A program made the position numbers and the translations under genes. DNA of 63,580 nucleotides, counting the filler. It is 12 parts of 12 records of this genome, joined end to end, with 100 filler letters (N's around TTAATTAATTAA, not from the genome) between each part and the next. Parts side by side here need not be neighbours in the genome. Positions count along the whole stretch, not along the records: positions 1 to 10,661 come from SRR7504441_3259; 11 more parts are not named here. One strand, given 5' to 3'. The notes under the pieces were generated by a model. That model had not been told where the DNA came from, did not search any database, and worked only from the letters and a program-made list of their open reading frames with translations. Below, one piece after another: positions 1-10,661 of this stretch; the first letter of the stretch is position 1; each line of letters begins with the position of its first letter.

Positions 1-293
1 GAGTGGAACAAGCAGCAAGTGTCCAAGATAGCCTGAAGACGGTGGTGGTCTCCTCGAGGTCGCAGAGCAGTATCTCCCCCAGCTGATCAATCGACGAACC
101 GACCGTCGGCTCCCGCCTGATCAGCTTCCGGGCCGGGCGCGCCGACTTGGCCCGCGGCCGCAGCCCAAACCCAGCCTTGCCAGTGTACTCGACGGCCTGC
201 ACCACCATTGCCGTCCGTCCAATAATAGAAAAAAGCCGTTAGCAAGTTAGAGCGTGATGAGACGTGCACAAGGCGGGTCGTGAGCTCGACGGG

Positions 294-2261
294 ATGAGCT
301 CGGGCGCGGCGGCCGAGGGCGGGCTCCAACGGACCACCAGCGGGACCGAGCTGGAGGCGCGGGTGCAGGTGCTCAGAGGCATGGCGGCAGGGTCGGCGGG
401 GACGGTGCGGGCGGTGCTGATGGTGGGCCGGACCTGCTGGGTCGGAGTAGAGCTGGACGGGCCCCACGGCAAGAATGACGGCTTGGCCGCCAACACGGGG
501 GAGTACCACTTCCGCTGCCGGCCGGACCACGGCATCTACCTGCGGCAGGGCAGCAACAGCTACCGGATCGTCGGTGCGCGCGCCGGCCCGCGCTGTGTCC
601 GAGCGGGGTCCAGGAGGGGACCAGGGCGCTCTCGCCGAGGGGTCACACGCAGAAGGCGGTCCGGCCGAGGACGGGAGCCCGCCGGAGGAGACGGCTCGGC
701 TGGAGGCGGCGGTGCTGCAATTCTTTGGCAAGTTCGATAAAGATCGGGACGGGCGGCTGTCCAAGCCAGGCGCGGCCACTGGCGCTCCGGCCGAGCCGTT
801 GGGCAGAGTTCCGGACGGCGATGCGCTCGCAGGACGCCAAGCTGTTGCGGCAGGTGTTCCGGGCCACAGGGTTGCCGTGGGCTTCGGTGTTTGATCGGCT
901 CGACCAGAACCACGATGAAGCCATCTCCACGGCAGAGTTCACAGCAGCCTTCCTGCAGGGCCCGCCCCAGGCCCAGGAACGTGCCCAGCAGCGGTTTAGT
1001 CGGATGAGTCCGCACCCCGGTGGGCCCGCCAGCAAGGGCTTTTCGATCCGCCGGGCCGCTCTCGTCGAGACGGCAGCGGATGAACTGCTCGTGAGCGATT
1101 TATCTCCGTCTGAGCAAGAAGCCGAGGCAGAGCGGGTGCAGACACTGGTCCGTAGACCGTCGTTTGACATGAATCCCAACCCGGATTATTCGATGGAAAA
1201 GGCGTTCCACCAAGCTGTCTCAAAAGCTCGATTTGAGGAGCCGCAGGCCCCGCCAGAGGTGTTGTCAGAGGAAGGCGACGAATGCGTCCTGTGCTGCGTT
1301 GAGATCCCAGCTGGAACTGCTCAGCTCTGCCGTAACTCCAAGCGGTGCATCATCTGCAGCGAGTGCGTTCAGACGTATCTGCAGCACTCAGGTGAACCTT
1401 GGACCGGCGCATCTGACTGGCGTGAGCAGTTGAAGGCGCCCAGTACAGCTGCGCGACCATCCGCTGCGCTGTGTGCAGCGAGCGGATCCCGGGCTTCCAG
1501 TGGTACTCGCATAGTAAGCCCTCGCTGGTTCAGCTCTACGAGAAAAACGCCAACACGGTCCTCTCCTACCGAGCCACCGACAGCGCACTCGGGTCTTATC
1601 TGCCAACGTACCGAAGCGGCAGAGTGCCAGGTTCACTTGGTGCGGCTAAGGTATCAACTTGTGTGGACAGATCTGTTCAAGGCGTTGCAAGAGGCGGCGG
1701 CGGACGGGCAGGCCGAGCGAGCCGTTGACGTGTTAGTGGCGATGGCGAAGTATCATCGTGGGCAGACCGAGGCTGCTTCGCTGATCATGGCGCCCTGCCG
1801 AGGCTGAGCGCAGCGTGAGGGTTGGATGGCAGGTGATCGAGAGGCACCTGGACCAGTCCAAGACAGCCAGCCTGGTGGTAGAGATTGCCGCAAGCCTGAT
1901 CGATTTCGAAAGGCGGGCCGCTTTCATGGTGAAACCTGCCACGGGGCCTGAGGGATTCTAGCCCGGGTCGCAGATCCGGTGGCTGTGGAAGCATCCAACC
2001 TTGCCGGGCGGCAGCTGCTTCAAGTGTGGAACTGCGCACAAGGGTCAGACCTGCGAGGAGTTTAATGCGCAGCACTTTGCCAACATTCAAGTTAAACACT
2101 GCCCGCAATGCGGGGTGGCCACCCAACGGATTAGTGACTGTGCAGCCGTGTGGCATCGGCCGAGCAGAATGGCAGGTGGCTGCGACCATATGATATGCGT
2201 CTGCGGAATGAACTGGCACTGGGAGACCCTGCAAAAGAACTATGTCTACTCGTCCTCATGA
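294..2261 (+). CDS. CAP-Gly + paired EF-hand + RBR (RING-IBR-RING-like) E3 ubiquitin ligase, multi-exon
   Basis: CAP-Gly WVGVELDGPHGKNDG...HFRCRPDHGIYLR. EF loops DKDRDGRLSKPE and DQNHDEAISTAE. RING1 CVLC...C...CSEC...CAVC. CFKCGTAH followed by RING2 KHCPQCGVATQRISGCDHMICVCG. Introns at 574-613, 770-806 (GC-AG), 1392-1429, 1790-1832 (GC-AG) and 2134-2175, among others, join the frames. Confidence 0.8.
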
Positions 2262-2408
2262 CGGAAACCATCTACTGATACATACAATCTTGACAATTGC
2301 AAGTTAGAAAGACAAGTATAGCTCCTGTAGCTAATAGCTCGTCGGCCGCGGCCCGTACGTGTACACGTAGTATAAATTTAGTATATATTCAAGTGCATTT
2401 ATTAGTAA

Positions 2409-4121
2409 CTAATTAGCATACTGAAAGTGGCCTCGGAATTCATCAGAGTCCTGGCCCTCTTGCGAACTAAGCGTGATAGTGCTCTCGATCCCCGCTCTGC
2501 ACACCGGGCACTTGCCGCGCAGACTGGAGGCCGACATCGCCTCGAAGCAGCTCGCGCACAGCGTGTGCCCGCACGGCGCCAGCACCAGCCCTTCGCAAGC
2601 AGGTACGCTCTCCAGGCACACGGGGCAGTCCATGCTAGTCGTTACTCCATCTGGCTGCTGGCCAACGGCACGCGGAGCAGCCAGCCGCTCTTTGGTTATG
2701 ACTGTGGCCAGTACTAGCACCAGCGAGCTAGCAGTGGCCAAGCTCCCGATGCTCCAAGCGATCCAATAATGATCCGAGCCCCCTCCGGCAAGAGCTGCCA
2801 CACTCAGCAGCACGCCTGCTGCCATCCCGGCCACTAACCCGCCGACGCGCAGCACGTCCAGCGCGCTGGAGGTCCGGGCCACTGGAGTCGGGCCGTCGAT
2901 GCTGAACAGTGAGTCGGAAACCCGGTGCAGTCTGACAGAGATCCTTGCGAGTGAAGTCACCACAGAGCTTTTGTTCTGCTGGCTGGCGATGCCTAGCACC
3001 AGCAGGGCCGAGCTTGCCAGCATCAGGAGCCACAGCTGTGGGGCGCTGGTGTCCATCCCACGCCAGTCACTCAGCCCGTACAGCCAGCACCAGACTCCGC
3101 CGAGCACCACCGCTCCGCAGAGAAGTCCGGTAGCCAACACCAGCCCAGCGAACAGCCGAGTGCTAGCCCACCACAACCCAAGCTGCCGGCTCCATATATA
3201 GCTCTCGCCCACCATCAGCGCCATCAGCACCAGCCGCATCAGAATCGCGTACCATTGGTTCCAATGCAGTCTATCTGAGAACGCCATCTTGGCCGATACA
3301 TGACCGGCATGCATGATTCCCACCAAGTGATTTGCTGCCCTGTCGGTCTGAATTGGCACGATCCGGCGATCTGCCCCGACTGCCCCGATCACCGTCACGC
3401 TCTCCGGAGCCTCGAACTCCCAGGTGACGCGTATATCTCCGGGCAAGCAAGAGCCTCTCGAATCCCAGAAATTGTCGCTCCGGTTTCGATGCCGGAACAC
3501 GGCGCGCCCGTTCACCACATCACTATGAAAGCCGGCCTGCGCTGCCTGGCTGGCCGGGTCGATCTGCACGGCCGTGAGGTCGAGCTTCTGTCGCGTGGCG
3601 CCCATCAGACTATCCACAATGGTTGGCTCTACTTCCATGCCGGAAAGGAGCGTTCGGTCGGCCCGGAACTTCCGAGCCGGGAACGGATCGTAGCTCGGGT
3701 TGCGGTGGCCCGGCTCGCGAAACCCGGCGCTCGGCACCAGATGGGGCTGCCACTCCCGACTGTAGCTGTACGAGGTGGTGCACTCCTGATGCGACTCTCC
3801 GTCGTTTCCCCTCACAGTCCGGCAGTTCTCATGCGCGTGCTCTACCCACTGACAGTACTCGACTCGCCGGCTGAGCTTGAGCGCCCCGGGCACTGTCAGC
3901 CCAAACTCCGGGTCGTTGGCTGGTAGGAGCTCGGGCGGCCCAGAGAGGTGTGCCCATGTGCCTGCTGGGATCTGGGCGTCGGGCGTGTATGAGACGAGCC
4001 GGTCCTCGACCGACGAGTAGGCCCACTGCTGGTCGCGCAGGGCGGACTCGCACTGGGTCAGTAGCAGCAGCGCCGGCAGCAGCACCGCCAGGTGCAGCAA
4101 CGCCTGCAGAGCCGTGCTCAT
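2409..4121 (-). CDS. TMEM43/LUMA-like membrane protein with C-terminal C3HC4 RING finger
   Basis: LSRRVEYCQWVEH, YSREW...FREPGHRNP and PGDIRVTW...VTVIG resemble the TMEM43 family. Several TM helices follow, then CPVCLE...APCGHTLCASC...CPVCR. Start taken at MSTALQ. Confidence 0.75.
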   Translation of the reverse strand: MSTALQALLHLAVLLPALLLLTQCESALRDQQWAYSSVEDRLVSYTPDAQIPAGTWAHLSGPPELLPANDPEFGLTVPGALKLSRRVEYCQWVEHAHENCRTVRGNDGESHQECTTSYSYSREWQPHLVPSAGFREPGHRNPSYDPFPARKFRADRTLLSGMEVEPTIVDSLMGATRQKLDLTAVQIDPASQAAQAGFHSDVVNGRAVFRHRNRSDNFWDSRGSCLPGDIRVTWEFEAPESVTVIGAVGADRRIVPIQTDRAANHLVGIMHAGHVSAKMAFSDRLHWNQWYAILMRLVLMALMVGESYIWSRQLGLWWASTRLFAGLVLATGLLCGAVVLGGVWCWLYGLSDWRGMDTSAPQLWLLMLASSALLVLGIASQQNKSSVVTSLARISVRLHRVSDSLFSIDGPTPVARTSSALDVLRVGGLVAGMAAGVLLSVAALAGGGSDHYWIAWSIGSLATASSLVLVLATVITKERLAAPRAVGQQPDGVTTSMDCPVCLESVPACEGLVLAPCGHTLCASCFEAMSASSLRGKCPVCRAGIESTITLSSQEGQDSDEFRGHFQYAN

Positions 4122-4246
4122 GTCCCCCCGAGCTGTCCCCGGCGAGCTGTCCGCCGGCAACGGCCGATGGTTCGGTGGATGTGATGTCATTCGAGGTGGT
4201 ACAAATCCTGGGCTGTCCAGCTCGGGCGCAACCACCAAGCTGCAAC

Positions 4247-4555
4247 ATGACCACTACCACTACCACCACTACCCAGCCCTCGACCCCCGCAGGCCGGACC
4301 GCGGCCTACCAGGAGGCGCTGCACAGGACCCGGGAAGCGTGGCTCCACCAGCGCAAGATCAAACAGCAGCTCGAGCTCGCGGCCGCCATGCGCGCCTGGC
4401 GGAACCCGCCCGCCCCAGAGCCGACCACCGGACGGGACTGGCCGCTACTCGCCGGAGTCAAGCCGCTGGTGCTGCCGGCGCTAGCTGTCTGCGCGCTCGG
4501 AGTCGGGCTGTCCGCCGGATGCCACGAGCGCCGGCGGCAGAAAGAGGTCTGTTGA
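4247..4555 (+). CDS. Small hypothetical protein with C-terminal hydrophobic helix
   Basis: ATG, poly-Thr, a helical segment and a hydrophobic tail (LVLPALAVCALGVGLSAG). It is divergent from the TMEM43-like gene. Confidence 0.4.
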   Translation: MTTTTTTTTQPSTPAGRTAAYQEALHRTREAWLHQRKIKQQLELAAAMRAWRNPPAPEPTTGRDWPLLAGVKPLVLPALAVCALGVGLSAGCHERRRQKEVC

Positions 4556-4958
4556 ACGGGGCCGACGCCGCCCGTGCCGATCATGCTAGGGGCGCGCTGG
4601 TAGATCATGACTCGGGGTGGCATGCCGCGCGTTGTGACCTCACCGGCAAGGCGGCCTCGCAATTTGGCGCCACTCCAAGCTTATATATCTCTATATCTAG
4701 ACTATGTACTACATCCCGAATACATTAGGTATCCAAAGGAGAACCACCTGTTTATTAAATGCTATATACTCACGCCTGGAGACCGAAGCATCTGCAGCCT
4801 ATTCACCCGATAGCCCCTCCTAGTTCCGAGGTTCACCGAGTGCGTGCATGCGTGCTCAAAACACGAGGGTGCAGGCGCCTACCAGTTACCTTCCGGTCAT
4901 TCAACCGTTACACTTGCCACAACACAATCCCCCCGCCCCCGCCCCCGCCCGTGTGTCG

Positions 4959-5654
4959 TCATCTGGCAGTCGCCTCCCTGTCGAGCCGCGCCCGAGCAGC
5001 CGGGGCCACTCTCCTCAACAGCTCGTCCACCCTCCGAAGCTCCTCTTTCAGCTCGCGCTCCCCCCGCCCGCTCACCTCCGCCTGTTCCCACAGCCGCTCG
5101 GTCACCCCGCTCCCCCGCCTTTCCTCCAGCTGAGCCTCTAACGCTCCAGCCGACGGCGGGCTCCCCGCGGCTAGACTCGCGTACTGCCGCCGCTGCATCA
5201 TCTCGAAGTTGGCTCGGACCAGGCCAGCCTGTTGCCCCGCCCCCTGCACCGCGCCATGCGCCTGCCCGATCTGTGCGGCCCGTGCCCTCCGGCTCTCGCG
5301 CAGCCTCTCCATGCTCGTCTTGATCTGGCTGATGGCGCTCGAGCACATTCGTTCGAGCTGAGCCACCTCCCCTTCCAGCGCGGCCATACCCGGCGCCGGC
5401 TCCCCTGGCCACACCGGCGACAGCGCCGCACTAAACCTGCTGCGGCTGTTCGTCTGGGCCAGCTCGGCGCAGGCTTGGTCCATCGCCGTGGCCGCCGACA
5501 GCCTGTCGCGGGCCCGGGCGGCCTTGGCGGCGAGGTCGGCCCGCAGCTGCTGGGCCAGTTCGGGCCGGCCCTGCGCCTCGAGCAGTCGGATGGCCCGGAT
5601 CGGCGACTCGGCCACCGGCTTGGCCGCCGCCACCGCTGTTTCCAGCTGGTCCAT
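4959..5654 (-). CDS. Hypothetical coiled-coil protein
   Basis: Open frame from MDQLETAV, Ala/Glu/Arg/Leu-rich with heptad character and GC3-rich codons. Confidence 0.55.
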   Translation of the reverse strand: MDQLETAVAAAKPVAESPIRAIRLLEAQGRPELAQQLRADLAAKAARARDRLSAATAMDQACAELAQTNSRSRFSAALSPVWPGEPAPGMAALEGEVAQLERMCSSAISQIKTSMERLRESRRARAAQIGQAHGAVQGAGQQAGLVRANFEMMQRRQYASLAAGSPPSAGALEAQLEERRGSGVTERLWEQAEVSGRGERELKEELRRVDELLRRVAPAARARLDREATAR

Positions 5655-5746
5655 GCTGACCGATCGTGGTGCCGTTCTTGGATCCGTTCTTGGATCGGGT
5701 GCTGCAGGGGAGCCCGCTACGGGCGCTGTGCCCTCGGGCCGGCCCG

Positions 5747-8700
5747 ATGGCCTCCACTGAGGCGCGCGAGCCCGGGGCGGTGACCTGGGCGGATGTGGAG
5801 GCTGCCGGGATCGGGCCGCTCTCCCGGATGCACAAGCTGCGCCAGGTCTCTCCCCGGCCCGGGCTGTGAGCTGAACCGAGGGGCGCAGTTTGTGAGGGAG
5901 AATCAGCTCGGGATCCCCACAATCTCGACCGACCAGACGCAGGTGACGAGGGAGGGCGTCTGGCTGGCGATCCAGGAGACCTGCAACGGCCGGATTGGCG
6001 GGCTCAAGGACGCCCGATCGCTCTGGCCGCCGCCAGACTGGCAGCCGCACAAGTATCAGGCGGTGGAGACGTCCATGCAGGGTGCGGCTGCTAACGTCAA
6101 CGAGGAGGTGGCCGCTGCGCATAATGCTGCCTGACCATCGGTGCAGCCGTCCAAGGAAACCGAGGAGAAGCCACCAGACCTTTGGTCCCAACCAGAGATA
6201 GAGGTGCGCAAAGGCGTGCTGCAGCTCCCAGGGATCGGCAATATGAAGAAGGACTGGCTGGAAACCGCCAAGAAGCACGCCACACTGGCTGAATGGGGCA
6301 CACTGCAGCCGTTTGCACCCCACCGGATGAGTGCTGCGACCACAATTGCGGCTGCCTGGCGAGGCTATTCAACACGCCAGTGGTACTTCGGATGGCAGGA
6401 GTGGCTGGCTTGGGCCAGCGTGCGAGTGCAGCGCCAGTGGCGCGGGAGGCAGGGTCGTCAGGTTGCATTAGACATACGTAAGAAAAAGATGGCAGACATG
6501 CTGGAGGTACTATGGGTACTGCGCCACTTTGATTGAGCATTTGCATTTGTAGGAAGCACGCTATGAGCATGCGATCAAAATCGCACAGAAGAGTGGAATG
6601 GCCAGAGCAGCGGCCCAGAGACTAGTTGACCGCAAAGCGCGGGATAAGGTAGCCGGAAAGAGACTTGCAGGACACAAAGACTGGCGGAACGAGAAACACC
6701 TCAAAGCGTGGAGGGTCAAAAAGGCAGCTAGTAAGATTGCGGCCGAAACTGATCCAAGTGCCAGGAGCTTCGACGGGATCAAGCCCGGCTTGGCATTTAT
6801 GCCACACTGATCCAGGTCACTTTATGAAGCAGAAATTGCATTGATGCGGGTTGCAGGCATCTTGGCGAGCACTTGTTGGGCGCCGCAGGGCGCACGCGCG
6901 TTCTGTGCATCTAAGTCAGCTAGCAGGGGTACGGCTCTGGCGAACAATTCTACAGCAAAAGGCTATACGCTACGTGTTCGAGGTTTTGAGCCACAACATG
7001 TCTGATGATCTGCGATGGCGGCTGGCACGAATGAGACGGCTCAGGGCCGAGGCAAAAGATAGAGGGATCCGCAGGCTTCAGGCTGTAGCAGTTGCGAGGC
7101 GTGATAGAGAACAACGAGAAGTGCTGCTAGTCCAAGTCGCACAGCGGCTCCAAGGGTTCACGAGAGGCTTTCAGGTGAGCTTGACGCGTCCCCATGCACT
7201 CTGATTCCTCTTGTGGCAGGCGCGGCAGCTTGGAAGGCAAATAGTCCAGAAGCAGCAGCTCGCAGCCAGTATCGTCATACAGACTATGCTGCGGCCCATA
7301 CCGACAATACAAATGCAAGCAGCAATGAAGGTTGCAGTGGTGCCAATTCAAGCACTTGTGAGAGGTAACAACGGACGGAAAATCCACTTGCAAAGAGTTG
7401 CTCTAAAGGAAACAGCTATTCATTTGCAACGTTGCACCCGTCGCTGGTTGGCAATGCGGCTGCTGGCCAAGAAGCGCATCATGGGAAAGCGAGAAGCCAC
7501 TGAAAGGCTGCAAGCGGCGCTGCGAGGACGTAGAGCCAGGATGAGGATGGTACACCGACGGTTGAAAGCTCGTGGGGAGGCAGTGACGGCCTTACAGGGA
7601 CTCGCAAGGGCTCGTCGCGCCCGAGTTTTGGCAAATCTTCTGATGATGCGGCAAGCCGCGGCTGCGATGGTGGTTCAGGCTGCTGTGCGTCAAAGGCTAG
7701 CACGTGATGAGTTGGTGCGCCATAGGCTCTTGCGCCGCGTCCAGTCTGCAATTTCAATCCAGTCTGCGATTCGAAGTGGAATTGCCCACAGAAGCTGGAC
7801 CCTGAGAAAAGAACGCCGGATTGCTGCTACAGTACAGCTACAGTGTTGGGCAAGGCAGATGCACGCTGATGTGGTATGCTCCGGTTTGCGAGCTGCAAGA
7901 GATGCTGCTAGACGACAAGCATCGGCACGAGTCCTGCAAGCAATGGTGCATGGGAGGCATTCCCGGCTTGCAAGTGCACAATTTGCTCTTGCTCAAGCCG
8001 AGGATGCCGCCATGGCGCTTCAGGCTCTGCTGAGAGGGCACATGGCTCGGAGGCTGGCTGCCGAGATGATACTGTTTAGAGAGCGAGTCAGGCTCCGACG
8101 TGAGAGGGCAAATCGTGCATGGGAGTCCTTCATTTGTGCACTCGAAGAACGATTGAAACAAGAACGTGAGGCTGCAGCTCGCGCCGTGATTTGCGCAGCA
8201 ATGCAAGGATGTGCGACGAGAAGGCAAGTCCACCAAATGCAAATAGACCACACAAATTGGTCTGTCAATATGCTACATGCATTGAGCCGTGGGTTCCATT
8301 CTCGTCAGATGACCAGTGAACTAGACCGACAAAGGAGGACAGCTGCTGCGCTGTATCAGACGCACCAGTCGGCAGCTACGGCAAGCTAATCCTTTGCTAC
8401 AGGCTGTAAGTTGGCTGCGGAAACAGTCCAGTACATACGTTGCAATGTCCACATGGCAGGCCAATGCACGGGCTGCTGCCGGGCTGCGCCGTAGAATGGC
8501 CATGAGAAAACTGTGTATCCATCCAGGGTGCCATCGCATGTCGCATGGCACTTCTGAGCTATGCTTCCCGCATGATCATCTGAAGAAACTACAGCTCGGG
8601 CAGAGAGATGACAGTGTGCCTGCATGGAGGCAGGACAATCCCGATCCGTTCGGCTTGTGGGCGCACCGTAAAGACAAGCCCCAAATAGATTTTCTAGAAA

Positions 8701-8861
8701 GGCAAACGGCGGCAGCTTTGGTTGTCCAAGGCGCTGTGCGCGTGAGATTGGCACGCGATCATTTGGTTCGCCATAGGCGGTTGAGGCGGATGCTTGCTAA
8801 GAATTTTTGGCCTCCGCTTGCTGGGCCTGGCTCTGAGTTGGATCCTGGAGATCCGCCTTGA
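5747..8861 (+). CDS. Large IQ-motif (calmodulin-binding) repeat protein, multi-exon
   Basis: Many IQ-like units (IQALVRGNNGR, LQAALRGRRAR, LQALLRGHMARR, IAAAWRGYSTR). A CxxxGC...C..H motif (CIHPGCHRMSHGTSELCFPH) lies near the C-terminus. Exon joins are approximate. Confidence 0.7.
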
Positions 8862-9044
8862 GATGTCCATTATAGACACTCATATAAAATCGGCATATAC
8901 ACTCAGTACTCCCCCAACGAGTCCCCGTTTGTTATTATGGACACTCATCAGTGAAATTTTTCATTTAAAACGAGTGACGGTCGCAATAGAGAACCTCAGT
9001 CACTCAGACTGTCGTGAGTGCCAATTACGTGTACGTACTTAATT

Positions 9045-10091
9045 TCAGGATTGGACCCGGCGAGCCGCGATCAGTGCCTGCTCGATGGCTTGGGCTGCCA
9101 CGTGCCCTTGGACCCCCTTGCTCTCCAGCCAGAGCGAGAGCTCCTCCACTGTGAGCACGCCATCCTGGTCGGTGTCGGCCTCCCGCCATACCTATCACGC
9201 CTTACCGACCCCCGTGCCCTTCGCCAGCACCTTGGCAGCCCAGCTCGGCCGCTCATCCCCCACAGCCAGCTCTTCGCCCGCGAGTGGCAGGAGCACGTCA
9301 AGCACAGCCGCCTCGTCCAGCGACAGCCCCCCGGAGTCGCTCACGTCCAGTGCAGAAACTATCTCTGCCGCCCCAAGAGCTCCTTCAGAAGAGAAGCACC
9401 CTCGAAGCTCCTCGCTGCCGTGCGGTGAGCGGCCAGGCTTGGGGCGGGCTCACTCACATGTTTAAGTAGTACATGGCAAACTCGGCGGGCGCGTCCAGCT
9501 CGCCCGACTGGCTCCAGTGCTGCTGCCAGAGTGCATACAGCTCAGCCATAGAGCCGACAAACACAGAGGGCAGCGCTGCAACGGCCTCGGTGTTGTCAAG
9601 GTACTGTTTGTACGAGGGCTCGATCACGAGGGTCGGCTGCTGCATCAGCCCGACCGTGTGCTCTTGACCGAAAGTAAAGCCAGAAAGTAGTGCGACCCTC
9701 GGCCTTTTGCCTTCTGGACGGCGTCGCTGGCGTAGCAGTACTGTAGCCGGCCTCGGTGCCCAGCCACCACCACCCAGCCCCCGTTCCGATCCTGCTCCTC
9801 CTTGTGGTTGGTCCACTCAGCGGCCTCGACGTCTGCGAATTGCTTCCAGAGCGCCCAGCGTGCCTTCGAGCTCGATACTGAGCACTGGCCGAACCGATGC
9901 GACTCGGCGTGGGCTAGGCTGTGCGCCCCCTCTGGCAGCCCAGCCTCGGGCGGGATCCCCCACTGGCGCAGCCCGGCCCAGACCTGCTTGAAGTGCTCGG
10001 ACATCAAACGGTCCACCCGCGGCACCACGCACTCGGCCACAGGCCCGGCCACGCCGGCCGGCGGGTCCGGTGCCAGGCGGAGGATCTCCAT
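9045..10091 (-). CDS. Putative papain/transglutaminase-like fold protein with two C-terminal EF-hands, multi-exon
   Basis: Spliced product contains GQCSVSS...SHYFLALLS|QPTLVIEPSYKQYL...PSVFVGS (29-nt intron at 9640-9668). EF loops DVSDSGGLSLDE and DTDQDGVLTVEE follow. Stop TGA at 9045-9047. Confidence 0.55.
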
Positions 10092-10336
10092 CGGATGGTG
10101 GACTCGGCCTGCCGCTTCTGGGCGAGGGCCACGGACCGATCAGGCGTTGCTCGAGCCCCTTGGCGTCTCCACCGGCGATCTCCGTTGAGGTGGGGCGAAG
10201 GCGCGTTGTGGGAGTGAAATCAGGACAAAGATCCGTTGCTCGCTCCCCTCTGGTTCACTTATGGCGAGATTTGGCCGTTTTTTCTCGGTTCCCGCGATCC
10301 GAGCCTCGTGTTTCCCTCCTCCAACCTAGAAGCAAC

Positions 10337-10661
10337 ATGTCCACGTGAGCTCCCGACCCCCCCCCCGGCGGCGATTGACCTTCCGCTTGCTCGCAGCTCA
10401 TCGCTCGCTCTCGCTCACTACGGCTACGGCGCCGGGTGACTTCCCTCTCGGCTCGCATCTAGATTGACCGGGGGGTCTTGCAGATACCCGTACGGAGCCT
10501 ACGGCGGCGCCTACGGCGGGTACGGTGCCTACGGGGCCGGCGCCTACGGCGCTGGTGCCTACGGCTACGGATACCCGTCCGCCTACGGATACGGCGCCGG
10601 ATACGCCGGAGCCTACGGCGGGTACGGCGGGTACGGAGCCTACGGCCGCTCGGCCTACGGC
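10337..10661 (+). CDS. Gly/Tyr/Ala-rich low-complexity protein (5' part, cut by spacer)
   Basis: Two GT-AG introns, each with GATTGACC, give MSTSSLALAHYGYGAGYPYGAYGGAYGGYGAYG... with strongly biased TAC/GGC/GCC codons. Confidence 0.7.

Noticed and set aside
1..36. 3' end of an upstream gene (EWNKQQVSKIA*)
   Set aside because: Too short to support a call.
1800..1835. Stop-codon readthrough, selenocysteine or alternative genetic code at apparent in-frame stops
   Set aside because: The stops I examined fall inside predictable short introns, and TAA, TAG and TGA all end genes normally.
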